Assembly (NCBI GenBank): GCA_951406725.2
Contig: OX597819.1
Coordinates: forward strand, 75,144,001 to 75,208,000
DNA from: Octopus vulgaris
Lineage: Eukaryota
DNA: 64,000 nt
Direction: 5' to 3'
Below are positions 13,161 to 26,060 of this stretch, piece after piece. Made by a program: the position numbers and the translations under genes. The notes beneath the pieces were generated by a model, which saw only the letters and a list, made by a program, of their open reading frames with translations, searched no databases and was not told the DNA's origin. How positions within the stretch are numbered: the first letter of the stretch is position 1; every line of letters starts with the position of its first letter.

Positions 13161-13513
13161 TTCAGAGTAAAATCAAATTTAATTTTGGCGTCCACTTTAC
13201 AATATTTCTTGGCCATTTAAATAACTATTGAGGCAGTAAATCTTTCGTGAAATTGTAAGTGGTGCACTTGAGAATATTTTAACCTATATTTCCCGGTCAG
13301 TATCCAATTTAATGACTTTTCAGTTGTATTTTTCCTATTGATTATTTTTAAAAATTTTCCATCAAATATATAAAGCAGGCAATTTATAAAAGAATCAGCA
13401 CGCCAAATACGAAACGATACAATAATAGAATATTTCCATTGTTGAATACTTCCGTTGTTTAATAGTATTTGATAGTTTCGTCATTGAATACTTCGTTCTT
13501 TAAAACCGGTTTA

Positions 13514-13730
13514 CGAGGAGGTGCTGAAATATTCCTAGTTTTAATAGTATCTCGAATGGCCTGATTGGAGGCCCAACCTTCTGAGTTCTTTAACAGGGAT
13601 TACAAAAACTGAAGGACCGCTGCAATAAGTGTCAGGTTCTAAGAGGGGAATATGTTGGATAAAATCATAATTAACTGTTACTCCTGTATTTTCTTCTACC
13701 CAAAGCCAGGAATTTTTCAGCATCCCCTCG
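13514..13730 (+). mobile_element. Mariner-derived MITE (internal deletion derivative)
   Basis: TA-flanked TIRs CGAGGAGGTGCTGAAATATTCCTAG / CCAGGAATTTTTCAGCATCCCCTCG. Retains the transposase C-terminus GLQKLKDRCNKCQVLRGEYVG*. Confidence 0.85.
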
Positions 13731-13739
13731 TATGAATTA

Positions 13740-14085
13740 AGCGCAGGGCCGGCAATTTTGGTGGAGGGGTTAGTTGATACAATAGAGCTCAGTACTTGAG
13801 ACTACTAGTTTATTTTATTGATGAAAGGTAGAGATCGCCTTGGTGGGATTTGAACTCAGAGTGTAAAGGACGAGAATAAATACCGCAAAACACTTATTTC
13901 AATGATTTCTAATTTTGTCACAAGGCCAGCAATTTTGAGGGGAGAGAGTTAGTCGGTTAGATCGATCACAAAGCTCAGCTGATATTTCTTTTATCGATCC
14001 CTAAAGAATGAACGACTGAGTCGACCTTGGCTGGATTTGAAATCAGAACGTAAAGAGTCGGAGAAATACTGCAAAGCATTTATTC
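13740..14085 (-). mobile_element. Two tandem diverged family B SINEs
   Basis: Two units ending GGATTTGAA(C/A)TCAGA..GTAAAG..AAATAC.GCAA. Confidence 0.7.
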
Positions 14086-14519
14086 TGATGATTTTTTAAA
14101 AAAAATAATACCATGGTGCATGTGCGTGTCTTTGCGTCTGTGTTTGTGCCCCCCCCCCCCAGCACTTGACAACCGATGTTGGTATGTTTATGTCCCCATA
14201 ACTTAGCACTTTGGCAAAAAAAGATCAATAGAATAAGTACCAGGCCTTAAAAAAGTACTGGGGTCAATTTGTTCGACTAAACGACAAAATATATATATAA
14301 GTTTGTATGGCAATCAGCTTTCCTCTTAGCCATGTATTTCAATAAGTTTCTCTACCTCGGAGGAGAACAGTAAGCTGATACTTCGGCTCATTTCCTTCGT
14401 CTGAGTAACAAAAAAAGGTTCTAACAGAATTCAGAATAAACAGCAGAGGGTGAATATGAGTGATAATAGGAGCTGAAAGCATAATCAAGAATAACAAGTT
14501 ACTGGCTGTGAAGTATAAC

Positions 14520-15098
14520 TTTTTACTATAATGGGCGTTATGTCCGTCAGTCTGTTTGTTCCCTCTTCACAGTCAAACGGCTGGACCAATGGTCACGATG
14601 TTTTTCGGGATTACGAAGGAGGTAATCAGGAAAGTTTTTACCCCCCACCCCCCAAAAATGTGAAAAAGTTTGATTATTTAATGGCTATTGAGTTTTGTAT
14701 TAAATCATCTTTGATTTTTTTTTTAAATTCCGTCGACGAATATTAACTCTGGATTCCCCCACCTCCACCCCACGTATAGTTCGTGAATTTAGAGGGTTTA
14801 GATTTGCGATACTATCCCTTTATTTCCCATCGTAGATGGGCAAATTTGCTATCGGGCGTTATGTCCGTCTCTTTGTCTGTTCCCTCTTCACGGCCAGATG
14901 GATGAACCAATGGTTATATTTTTCGGGATTACGAAGACAGTTGTCAAGAAGGTTCTTAGCATTAAAAAATCAGAAAGTATGATTATTTTGTGGATATCGA
15001 TTTTTATTAAAAATTCACCGACCACGAATAACTCTGGATTTTCATCGTACAGTTCGTGGCTCCAATGTAGATACGAACGAGGCCACGAGGACAGTTAA
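14520..15098 (+). mobile_element. Non-autonomous Helitron/Helentron-like (DINE/HINE-type) element with internal ~320-bp duplication
   Basis: GGGCGTTATGTCCGTC..GTTCCCTCTTCAC..TTTTTCGGGATTACGAAG at 14533 and 14854; GTCY-type microsatellite near the 5' end; GC-rich 3' end CGAACGAGGCCACGAGGACAGTTAAT. Confidence 0.5.
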
Positions 15099-15929
15099 TA
15101 GCGAAATAAAATGGAAAAAGTGTGTGTCAGTATATAGTGTGTGTGATTATTTAGTGGTTATTGAAGTTTGGCAGGATTCGAAACGGCCAATCGAAGCGGC
15201 TATTGTTCACATATCAGTTTTGTCAATCAAAATAACTCATTGTACCAGACATTATTCGCATAGAACAGTGAGAGGTAAGTCTTAGTTTGATTTTTTTTTT
15301 GCAACCCTAAAGATTCCGCTCGCGCATTCAAAGAAAACAAAGCACAGAGTCAGACTTAAGATCGTGTAGGTGTATTTTTACCCACTCCGATGTTTACACA
15401 CGGCCAATTATACGTCGCTATGAGTTGAGCAACGGACTTCAGTAATTTGAAAATTAGTATTGAACAAACAGAGAATATTGTCAACAAAGAAGTTTTGTAA
15501 TCATATTGATATTATCGAAAGGAATATGATTCATAATTCAAATAAGGAATTTGTGAACTTTGTATAAGAGTATATACAAGCGTAAAAGAGTGTAAACAAC
15601 TAAAATAAATGTATATCTAAATAACATTTTTTCATAATACTTTTTATGTGGTGGTTGAAGGAAGCTTTGGCTTTCGTTAGGAGTGGTCCACATAACCATT
15701 CATGAGACAGAGATTGGGAGCCTATTTCAGTTCGGGAGTGAATCGTCATCACATGTCACTTAGTCGCAAACACATGCCATATAGCTACAATAGAATGCTG
15801 TATCACCAACAATAACGTAATTTCTCTGAGACATCACCCAGTGATCTAGCAAGCCCATTTATACATTTCTCAATACATATTGCTGTTATGACTTCCCTCC
15901 CTCATTTTATGCCTTCATCGTAGATGGGT

Positions 15930-16325
15930 AGATTTGCTAGTGGTGCTAATTCGTGCAGCCGTTTTCACGTGAAAAGCGAACACACACATAGATAGATAGA
16001 TAGATAGATAGAGGAATCTGTGACGTTCATGTGTTTCCCCGATTGAAATGAAATAGAAGCGGCTAAAATGTAAATATTCATCAAATACGTATTGCATACA
16101 TACATGTGTGTGTGTGTAGCTAACCACAGTTGCTATGTCAGTACCGGAAGTTGACATTGAAAATCCTTTTTAAAGAAGTTCATCTTATATAAAATAATAT
16201 TATTTATTTTTAAAACAATAATTGAAGTCAAATTATGCACCCCAAGTATGGAACCAATTCGTGCAGCCGTTTTTGCATGAAAAGCGAACACACACACACA
16301 CACAGGTCTATTTTATGTAATATAA
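15930..16325 (-). mobile_element. Helitron-like non-autonomous element with duplicated end motif
   Basis: AATTCGTGCAGCCGTTTT..TGAAAAGCGAACACACACA twice (about 15948 and 16256). The minus-strand start TATATTACATAAAATAG-(GT)n-..AAAACGGCTGCACGAATT resembles such elements. Confidence 0.45.
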
Positions 16326-16369
16326 CACTTAAAAGGCAGGTGAAACCAAAGGAAAATGCTATCATCTAC

Positions 16370-16567
16370 GTATTTATAGGTCGATAATATGTCCAACCAA
16401 ATGATGAAAGCTGGAGAAATTTTTTGCTCACTTACAGGTATAGGAGACTCGGCACTGTCATTAATAACGAGATACAGGTAACCTCTTCTTTCAAACTCAC
16501 GACCACAACAGATCCATTTCTTGCTTATGCTTCTTCCTACCTGCGCTCTTTTAGTATGCGTTCTCAT
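16370..16567 (-). pseudogene. Possible Merlin (IS1595-like) DDE transposase remnant
   Basis: GR..KWICCGREFER..INDSAESPIP...ISPAFIIWLDILSTY aligns by eye to the Merlin consensus GR..WVFGG.ER..V.DRSA.TL.P.I..I.PG..I.SD.W.AY. Confidence 0.45.
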
Positions 16568-19132
16568 TTGCTTTTGAGTATCTTCCTCTCTTTAATGTAG
16601 CATAAAATTTTCACGATGAACCAGCACTAAGAATAACCGCTAAATCTCAGCCATTATCATATTCAATCACTTGGACTCCTGAATATTAGCATAATCTGTA
16701 CCTGTTATATTTAATAGGATCCCATTTTGGGAAACAACGTACCGCAGTGTTCATTGTACCTTCGAGGTCAGTGTAAAAAGTGGGTGAGCTATTATTGTTT
16801 TACGTACCTTAACTACACGATCACCTCGTCAAAACGTGTATGTACACATCTGAAGATCGCAGTGTCGTGAAACTAGAGTCACAACATAAAATTCAGTTTC
16901 AATAAACTATTTATCATAAGAAATAACTTATTATAGGAAATTAAAATACTTATATAAGATGATAGCAAAATCTTTTGAGACTGCTAGTTTTCAGAATGCT
17001 TTGAAACTGCTAGTCTCAAAAGATAAAAATGCTTGAAGGTTTTAAATTCTAATTGTCTGCTACTCTTTGTTATGAGTCAAACAAAGCAAGGATTTGTCGG
17101 GTGGGGCATGCACCATGAAATATCTTTGGCACCGGCACCCTATGAATTGGACACTCTTGCAATTCGCGATTATGGCACATACTAGATATAGTAGCCAAAT
17201 TTCCCTCAAATTACAACTTTTTAAAAATAGAAAAATATTGGATAACATAAACCTTGATGCATTATGCTTGAAAATAAAACCAGATGGTCGCGGCGAGTTG
17301 CCTTTCATCTACAACAGCAACAACAACACCAAGAACATAAACAAAGTTGTGAAATCCTTTGCTGATCTGAAAGAAACAATGTTACTGGAATTAGTATATC
17401 AATAGTTAAATTAGTTTAACATATCTAATGCAAAGGGCATCAAAAGGCAAACCAGATATACTTAAGTGATGAAGAAAAAAGGCATTATTACTCATTAGCT
17501 AATAATGTTTTAATTATTTAGACCACTGAAGAATAGGAAACCACACTGGACACATTTCAGTCTTATTATGTTCTCATTAGCGAACCACTGCTCTCATCAT
17601 ACTTACATAAGTAATGATGACAGAATTAATTAGTGAGTGTACTAAAATGTATATTTATAGACATAGAAGAATAGAAATGTTCAGAGAATAACCCAGTGAC
17701 GTCATCATTGGTTATTAAATCAAAATTCCTTCTCGTGTTTGATTTCCTTTACTATAATTCTAGTTGTAAACAAGGAAGATTCTCATATCTCACATGACTG
17801 CCCATACATTATTACACAAAACATAACGACCGAGAGGCAACATCTTTTGCTTGAGCTGTTAGAAATAGCGACCAACTCTCTCTCTTAAATGACACCACTG
17901 TCTAAAAAAATTTTAAAGGGTCATTGGGAAATTATGTAGTTCATGATATACAAAAACATAATGATAAACGGGATGGTGGTCACGGTTTGAACTACTCTAG
18001 TCTTTGATCAATCTGTTCAATCAGGAGCGACCTAGAACGAAACAATAACACGAAACATTGATTTTCCTGCAAAGTAGTGTTCCCCCCCCCTTTTTTCATG
18101 ACAATGGATATATAAATAAGTAAATAACAGTCGGCTGTGGACAAAATATGACGTAGAGCTGTAGAAATAAATATTTAGCTGAGTTGCAGAAATAGGTTTC
18201 CTTAGTAAATTATTTTCAGGGTTTGACTGTCATATTTTCCTTCACAGATAAACAAACAAAACCTAATACCAGATAAAAATAATGCTTTTTCTTTCTTTTT
18301 ACACTGCTATATGAAAATCCAATATAAATCTATGCATTATATATATAGATTTCACTCTCTAAAACATCATCGTCATCGTCATTATTATTATTATTATTGA
18401 TGTTGTTGATGTTGCTGCTCTTTACTCTTCTTTTTCGAGCAAAGCCAGATTTGTTAAAACCAACCGTATTTTGGCTTTGTTCACACAAATGCAACTGCCT
18501 TTTTTCTTTCTTTAACGTGTGTGTGTGTATAATTGTGTGATATGTATGTGTGTGTATAATTGTGTGATATGTATGTGTGTGTATAATTGTGTGGTATGTG
18601 CGTGTATATATGTAATTAAGTATGATGAAAAATACCGGGAAAAGTTAATGTGTATGTGAAAGAAATAAAGCATTCTATGGTGAACAGTATGTGGAATGTT
18701 ACTATTATGAATCACGTGGAAAACAACGCACGGATGCTAATACAGTGTTGCCATACAAGAAATAGACTGCATATGCTGTTATTCTTACATAGGGTATAGC
18801 CTGAAGGTCGATGCTTCTCAACCTGGAGTGTTATAATTTATTTCGTTGAGTGGGAGTGATGAGAATTCAAATGAAACTTCACCTGTCTTTGAATATCATC
18901 ACAGAAGACTTAAAGAGAAGTTCTGGGTGATTCGATTTATATAATTAAGGGGGTGTTGGACTAAGAAACAACTGGGAAACACTGCTGTACATGTTACTAT
19001 TGTCACACGGGAAACAGCTAGCAGTGCTTCTGTTGTCGTGTGGGAAGTACATGGATGGTGTTTCTATTGCCACATGGGAAATAGCCTGTGATGATCGTAG
19101 CATAACAAGCACCTTCACTAACACGGAAGGCT

Positions 19133-19678
19133 TGGCGTAGTGAGTAAGGGAGATTCTCGTATAACGAAGACGATTAAATAAGGAAATGTGAAAATGAGAC
19201 ACGACTTGAGATGAAATTAACTGGTAAGCGACGATTTATTCTCCGTTATAAAATACAATGATTGCCATACATGAAATAAAATGAATATAACAGGTTACAA
19301 CCAAGATGTGTGAGAGACTTCGTGGTCAGGCCGGACTGTTGATCTTGAAGTTAAAGTTGACGTACTGTTTGGTGGTGTGTAGATACATCGTTGTCAGAGA
19401 CGGGTTGCGTCTGGTCAGTGGCGTGTGCCAAAGACCTAGAGCAGTCGAGAACTGTCGTTCTTATAAAGATCAGGAGGCTCCCAAAGCTGGTGATTAATTT
19501 CCCGCGTCAGTAAAAACGAACTGTTGCACCAACACGATTGGACAGCTGGAAACCGACCAATACAAACAAGTTCGGCTGATCACAAGACCTGTGGAGCTGA
19601 TATCCAGGTATTTAAGCTTAAACCACTCATAGCGAAAACGTATCACACATAATGACAGTGTAAATCACTTCTGCTACA
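19133..19678 (-). mobile_element. Candidate solo LTR
   Basis: TG...CA termini (minus strand TGTAGCAG...CTACGCCA), about 545 bp. Minus-strand TATA-like TTTATAA (19461-19467) lies upstream of AATAAA (19235-19240). No TSD seen. Confidence 0.4.
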
Positions 19679-20184
19679 CTCGAAACAAAGACCAGCGCCA
19701 AACAAATAATACTAAGCGGGACTCGAAAGAGAGAGGTGTTCCTCCAGTTTGAGATACATTTGCTCTAATGAATGAATGAATGAATGAATAAGTGAATGAA
19801 TGAATGAATGAATGAAACAGCATATACTTGTGGTTCACAAACCAAGTATTAGCGAAAATCTGAATGTTTTTTTTTATAGAAATAAAAGCTCAAAAATCAA
19901 TGAATCCGCATTCGGCAATAAGAGCTACAGATAGCCGAGATAATGGACACATGAACAGCACAATGGACACATGAACCAAAGAGCTGACGATTCCTGTTCT
20001 GATATTAGCATTACACTAGTCTATAGCCAAGAAGGAAAGCTCTCATTTCAACTAACTCAGAGTACGAGATAGTGAGAATTGGGAGTGTATTCTGCTGGTT
20101 TACAACGCTGGGTTCTCTTGTAGAAGGAATGGTCTAACGATACATGTAGTCCTATTGATCTATTCTATACGCCTGAGCTGTGAT

Positions 20185-20527
20185 AAAGGTAAAAATAAAG
20201 ACCCCCTTCGGTCATGAATGACCATGGGATTGCACCGAGAAAGTTACCCTCCTTGTTATAAGTCCGGGCAAGTTTGTTTATAGAAGACCAGCAGTCACCC
20301 ATGCATACCAGCTTTCCCGCTCCACGCTACCAGTGTTACCCAAGGGAAAGGCAAATGCCGATACAGCTTGGTACCAGTGACGTCGCAACTCATTTCTACA
20401 GCTGAATGAACTGGAGTGATGTGAAATAAAGTGTCTTGCTCAAGAACACAACACACAGTTCGGTCCAGGAATGGAACTCACTATCTCATGATTGTGAACC
20501 CGATGCTCTAACCACTGAGCCATGCGC
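20185..20527 (-). mobile_element. tRNA-derived SINE, family F
   Basis: Shares head and core (ACTCATTT..GCTGA.TG.ACTGGAG..GTGAAATAAAGTGTCTTGCTCAAG.ACACAA) with family C but has a different tail; homologous to 37021-37268. Confidence 0.85.
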
Positions 20528-22520
20528 AGACTCCATATCTCAGATATGAAGATTATAATGGTTTCAGATTTAAATTTCTTTTATTCTTATATTGCTTCCA
20601 GTTATTGGACGGCTGCAAGGTTATATCGATCAGAGAACGTTTTTCCTTCTTATCGAGATAAAAATGCAGCGACGACTGAGCGTTAAGGTAACAGTGAACT
20701 AAATATAAAATACTTTTGTTCAACGCACTGATTCTGTGCCATACCACGCCGAACAATGTTATGTGTATGTACGTAAAAATGTGTGTGTGTGTGCGTATGG
20801 GAGTGTGTGTGCGTGTGGGAGTGTGTGTGCGTACATATACATATATATGTGTATGTTTATACGTATACATATATATGTGTGTGAGTGGGTATTTTGTCAG
20901 TTGTGTGTTTGTAAGGATCAATTTTTAAGACGTGCATTTTCTTAATTTGATTATTCTTCACCTGTTTTTCAAACTTCAAGTGTATAAACGACAGTGTTAC
21001 TCAGAGAAGCAGATTAATATACCCTCTCCTCGACTTACGACCATCCGCAGTCGACCACAATAATCGATTTTCCGACGTTGGGCAACGCAGGCCTCCCTCA
21101 GATCCAAGCATCCACTGCCTGCCACTGTCTCTCACTCAGTCGCTTTCAATTTGCCTTTCGCTTATAATCCAAGACATTTCAGTCAGCAAATAATGATTTC
21201 TCGCAATAACACAAGGACATAATTGATTTTGGAGAAGTTGGAGAATATAGTCGATTATATTTATCCTAACACTTAGTTTATATCGCAGTTTGTAGACAAT
21301 AACGTCACTGGTTAAAGCTTCTCTGGTTCACCGTATTTCAGACTTAACTGGTACTTTCTTTTTCTCGAACCGCAAAGATGAAAGACACATTGACCTCGGT
21401 GGAATTAAAACCCAAAACGGAAAAAGACCGTATCTAAAAACAGCAAAGCTTTTTTATCAGATACTCTAACAATTCTAATTCATTGTCTAATAATAATTAA
21501 CACGTGGGACAGATGGAAGTTCAACGTTTTAAACTTTTTCTTATTTCTTTTTTAATGCATATACTTATAGATCTTAATAGCATTGTTTCATTATGTTAAA
21601 AATTACGATTACGTCCTTGATTTCAGTCCATGGTTAAAATAGCAACGCTTGAACGTGCTGCTTTGTGTTTTAATTTAGTTTCATAGTTAAGCTTGTTTAA
21701 AACGTAACACTCGAACTAATGAACCGAATGACAAACAGAATAGTGTTCAAAACCGTCATTTGTTTATATTGATGTATGATCAATTTAATTGACACATTAT
21801 TTAACAGATACTTTATTTCATCGACACCCGCAGTAGAAAGAAAACCTAAGCTGACCTCTGTTATTATTCATTGCCTCTTTATTTACTCAAAACATTTCGT
21901 TTTGTTTCATTTTGATTTCATAACCGAATTAACAATTTTAAAGTTCTCGAAATCATTCTTTCGTCATTCAACTGTATTTGTTTCCTTGCTGGTCCATCAG
22001 TAAAGAGTTACATACATTAATGACGGCTGGTGTAAAAACAATCAGTGGCAAGCACGAAATTGAATTAAAAGTCATTGACATGTTTACAATTTATTCACTA
22101 AAGGATCTCCAGGTTGTTGAACTTTTTATTATGCTCCTAAAACTTAAGATTCAGAATTCAACGAGGGCTTTAACATGGTCTCTCTTACAAGAAATAGCGG
22201 TTAAATCTTCCTTAGATCACATTTTTCTGTCATCGAAAAAAAGAGAGGAGAGACTGAATAATATGGTTTTAGACAAATTGCTTGAAGAAAATAATAAAGG
22301 ATAGAATACTGTTTGATTATAGGTTTAATTGATCAAAACTAACCTAGACGTAAATAACAATAACAACGACAGCAATTTGCATCTACGTAACCGCTTCTTA
22401 CTCCTTTCTTAACTTTCCCATAGAACGGCATTTCTATCTCATTTTTAACCTTCACCTGTTTTTCCCACGACTATTTATCTCATTCACTCCATCAATATTT
22501 TCTTTCTTTCTTTCTTTCTT

Positions 22521-22556
22521 TCTTCCGATGAAGGACAAACATCCGAAACGTTAAGA
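22521..22556 (+). ncRNA. Minimal type-I hammerhead-like motif (U4C variant)
   Basis: TCTT-CCGATGAA-GGA-CAAACA-TCC-GAAAC-GTT-AAGA: stem I TCTT/AAGA, stem II GGA/TCC, palindromic ACGT stem III. Confidence 0.5.
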
Positions 22557-23498
22557 CACTTTCTGTTTCCATTGAAACGTCAAGTCAATACCTTATTTAT
22601 CAAAATTTGTTCTCCTATTTCGATCTTTTTATTGTTCATTTTATTTACAATACGCGCGCACACAAGCACACACACACATACAACCCCCCACAGCCTCACA
22701 CACACACACAGATACATACACACATGAACACACTGGTTTCCATTGTTCTTTTCGTTACTATTGACCGACAATTGGAAACTGGAAATTCGGAGTAACGGTT
22801 TGAAAAATGTTCAGCATCAAATAAATATTTTTTAAAAATTTCTTTCCATATTGATTACTCAATTTTCTCCCAATTTACACTGTTAGTGTTCAATATTTTT
22901 GTTCAGGCGAAAGGAATTAATAACTTCACACGATCACTCTCTTTCCCCACCTTTTTTCTTTTTTCTTTGTGACCAGCTTTGTTCAGATTATATTGCTACA
23001 GATGCTGTATATAACAAGCGTACAACAACATAAGCATACAAACTGTTTGTAGTTGGGAGGGATGATCAATTTGCTGATCTCTTGTACAGCTTGTAGCTAA
23101 ATTGACACTGCGTGGTGCAATGTTTACTGGGTATGTGAGAGTTGTTGATTGATTAGTTGATGCAGGTCAGATGTAATTAACCTGTATATTGCTTAGCGGA
23201 TGTGGGTGGTGTTGGAATAGTTTTAAGTCTACATTTATACACCACTTCTTGTTTGTGTGTTGGATTAGGGCATTATTCAACAAGACAAAAAGTAGATCTT
23301 AGATCTATTAAAACATTGTATTGTGGTTTTAAATATGGACTATATTACGAGTATGTTGGTATTTTCATTCTCCTTCAGTTTCCAGATGTATTGAGTGAGA
23401 GAGCACGTAATGGAATTCACCTAATCTTTAGATCTGAATGGGATCTGCATGCATACTTCTAAATGTGATCTCCGTAAACCAGTATAGTACTTTTCAAT

Positions 23499-23814
23499 TT
23501 TTTAATGCGCCTTTTCAAACATAGCCAGGCTCATGGGCCCGGTTTCCTGGTTTCTGTGGCGTATGTGTCCCCCCCCCCCCCAGCTGGACGGGACGCCAGT
23601 CCATCGCAGCGTTACTCAAGAAACAGGAAGAGAGAGTGAGAGATAGCTGGGGCGAAAGAGTACAACAGGGGTCGCCACCACCCCCTGCCGGAGCCTCGTG
23701 GAGTTTTAGGTGCTTTCGCTCAATAAGCACACACAACGCCCGGTCTGGGAATTGAAACCGCGATCCTCCGACCGCGAGTCCGCTGCCCTAACCACTGGGC
23801 CATTGCGCCTCCAC
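23499..23814 (-). mobile_element. tRNA-derived SINE, family E, tail type 2, with 15-bp TSD
   Basis: TSD ATAGTACTTTTCAAT at 23484-23498 and 23815-23829; A/B-box-like head; A-rich 3' end. Confidence 0.92.
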
Positions 23815-24000
23815 ATAGTACTTTTCAATACCATCTGTTAATTCTATTTAAGCTCTCTACACTAGCGCCTTTTCAGTGTTTTATAGCGAAATCAAACACA
23901 CCAATTAAACATATGTCTCATATTTTCAGTACTCAGTATTACGTCCCTTGTTCTTCATTAGCATTTTCACTTCGATTGTAATACTTGCCTGCTATACATT

Positions 24001-24120
24001 ACATACCAATCTGAGAACACATCATGTTGTTTTAGCTTTTAATAACCATGCAATATTTCTGACTGTTAGGCATAACATACCAATCTGAGAACGCATAACG
24101 TTGCTTTGACTTTTAATAAC
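24001..24120. repeat. Direct duplication of about 45 bp
   Basis: ACATACCAATCTGAGAAC..GTTG.TTT..CTTTTAATAAC at 24001 and 24076. Confidence 0.8.
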
Positions 24121-25339
24121 TATGTCTGACAACTTTCTATGTAATTTTGTATTGTACATAACTCAATATCCCCAAAACATCGTTGTTTCATTATTTTTGA
24201 TATTCTCTTTGAGACGAGATAACACGATTTTACTGATGTGAGAATTCGTGAGTATTTCCAGATATCCCAATGCAAAAATTTCCAACTACCCTATCATTTC
24301 AGCTCAAATATTTGGTGCCAGTCATAACCATACAAACGGCTGATCATCTTTTCAATCTATTCACACATGCATTACTTAAAGTTCATTAGTATTTATGGTA
24401 TTCTTTTATTGTTGCATCATGTATTGCAGTTCTGGACCTGTTCTGTTTTATTTTATAGATTGAGTTTGCCAAATGTATTTGGAGCATGGAGCCTGAATTC
24501 GATTCCTGTTTTGTTGTGTCTAGGAAGATAAAATGTGTTTCAAAACACAAATACACATAAAGAATCTTGCAAACCGAAGTAAATTCCTGTTCTTTTCGTT
24601 TTTCTAAATTCCTTTACGGGATTCAATTATTGGACTACGACCACTCTGGGCACCACTTTCAAGAGTTTGGGCTGATCACAACAATACCCCTACTTGGTAC
24701 TTATTTCAGTTTATTTATTATTGTACTAATCTATTATTTATCAAAATGTTGATTTACGTTTTTGACACAATAGCAATTTTTACACCGCTATACATAAACG
24801 CGCACGCATACATACATACATCCGAAAGCTTCCACACAGTTTCCATATCAAAATATATTGATGAATCTGGGACTATAATAGTTTACGTTTGGCCAATGTG
24901 CTGCGAAGATAAATTGAACCAAAAACTACGTGGTTGCGAAGTGAACTTTTTAACACAGTCATGCCCTCTCAAAATATTTTCTATGTTGTTGACTTTGCTT
25001 AAACTCACTTTCAATTCTCCTCACTGCTAGTTTATTATCATTTATGTTGTTATGATACACAATATTCCTCAGAATCAATAAAAATAACGCAAACATTTAT
25101 TGAATGTTTTTGTGACATTAGTATTTATGAAAGAGCTGTAGGTTGGCGGAATAAGCAGTAAGTCGGATAAATGCTTCGAGAGATTGATATGCAGCTCTCC
25201 ACATTACGAGTTCAAATCTCGCCAAAGTGCACTTCATCTATTATTCTTATGAATTCTAGTCAAATACTGAAGCAAATTTTTTATCGACTGTTTTCCATTC
25301 ATAAAAATTTGGGGTCTTGTACTAATATCAGGAATTAAT

Positions 25340-25520
25340 ATTGATTTCAAATTTTGGCACAGCAATTTCGGAGAAGGAGTAAGTTGATTACATCGACTCC
25401 GGTGTTCAACTGGTACTTATTTTATCGACCCGGAAAAAGATGAATGGCAAATTCCTCGTGGAATTTGAACTCAGAACGTAAAGATGGACAGATGAAGTGC
25501 TACCAGCGATTCTGCCTTAC
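25340..25520 (-). mobile_element. Family B SINE with 15-bp TSD, tail-to-tail with an older + copy (about 25136-25339)
   Basis: TSD ATATCAGGAATTAAT at 25325-25339 and 25521-25535. Confidence 0.85.
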
Positions 25521-26060
25521 ATATCAGGAATTAATTTTGCTATTCACATATACAAACAGAGTATCATAATTAGTATTCTGTAATTTCCAGAAGAATGCAA
25601 ATAACTATATACCCTTTTATTGGGTCTATAAACTATATTTAAGGTCGTATCAGTTTTGTGTCTCAAGTAGTGATCTTGTCTAGTGCTTCGTGTGGTGAGG
25701 AGAATACGGTGAGTGAATGTTGAAAAGAAACCGATAAACTGCAATGTTTACTAACATTAAGATGATTTTTAAAACCTTTTAAATTTGTCTCACATCTTAG
25801 CGAAGAAAGAAGAACTATATAGATGCAAACTTTGTTTTACCTTCCGATTGACAAAGAAGGGTGGACAAAGGACAAATAACTTGACATTCATTTTGCCAAC
25901 TGTCATTACCTTGTGTCTAGTGTCTATCTGAGTTAACCTCTAAACCACTTTTTTTTTTCTCTGGAGTGAAAGCTATGTATGTCATACTTAAATGTTAACT
26001 TCAACATATAACAAAAAGCTTCTTGGATTTGTTAGTCAAATGCCGGGTGTTACTCATCTC

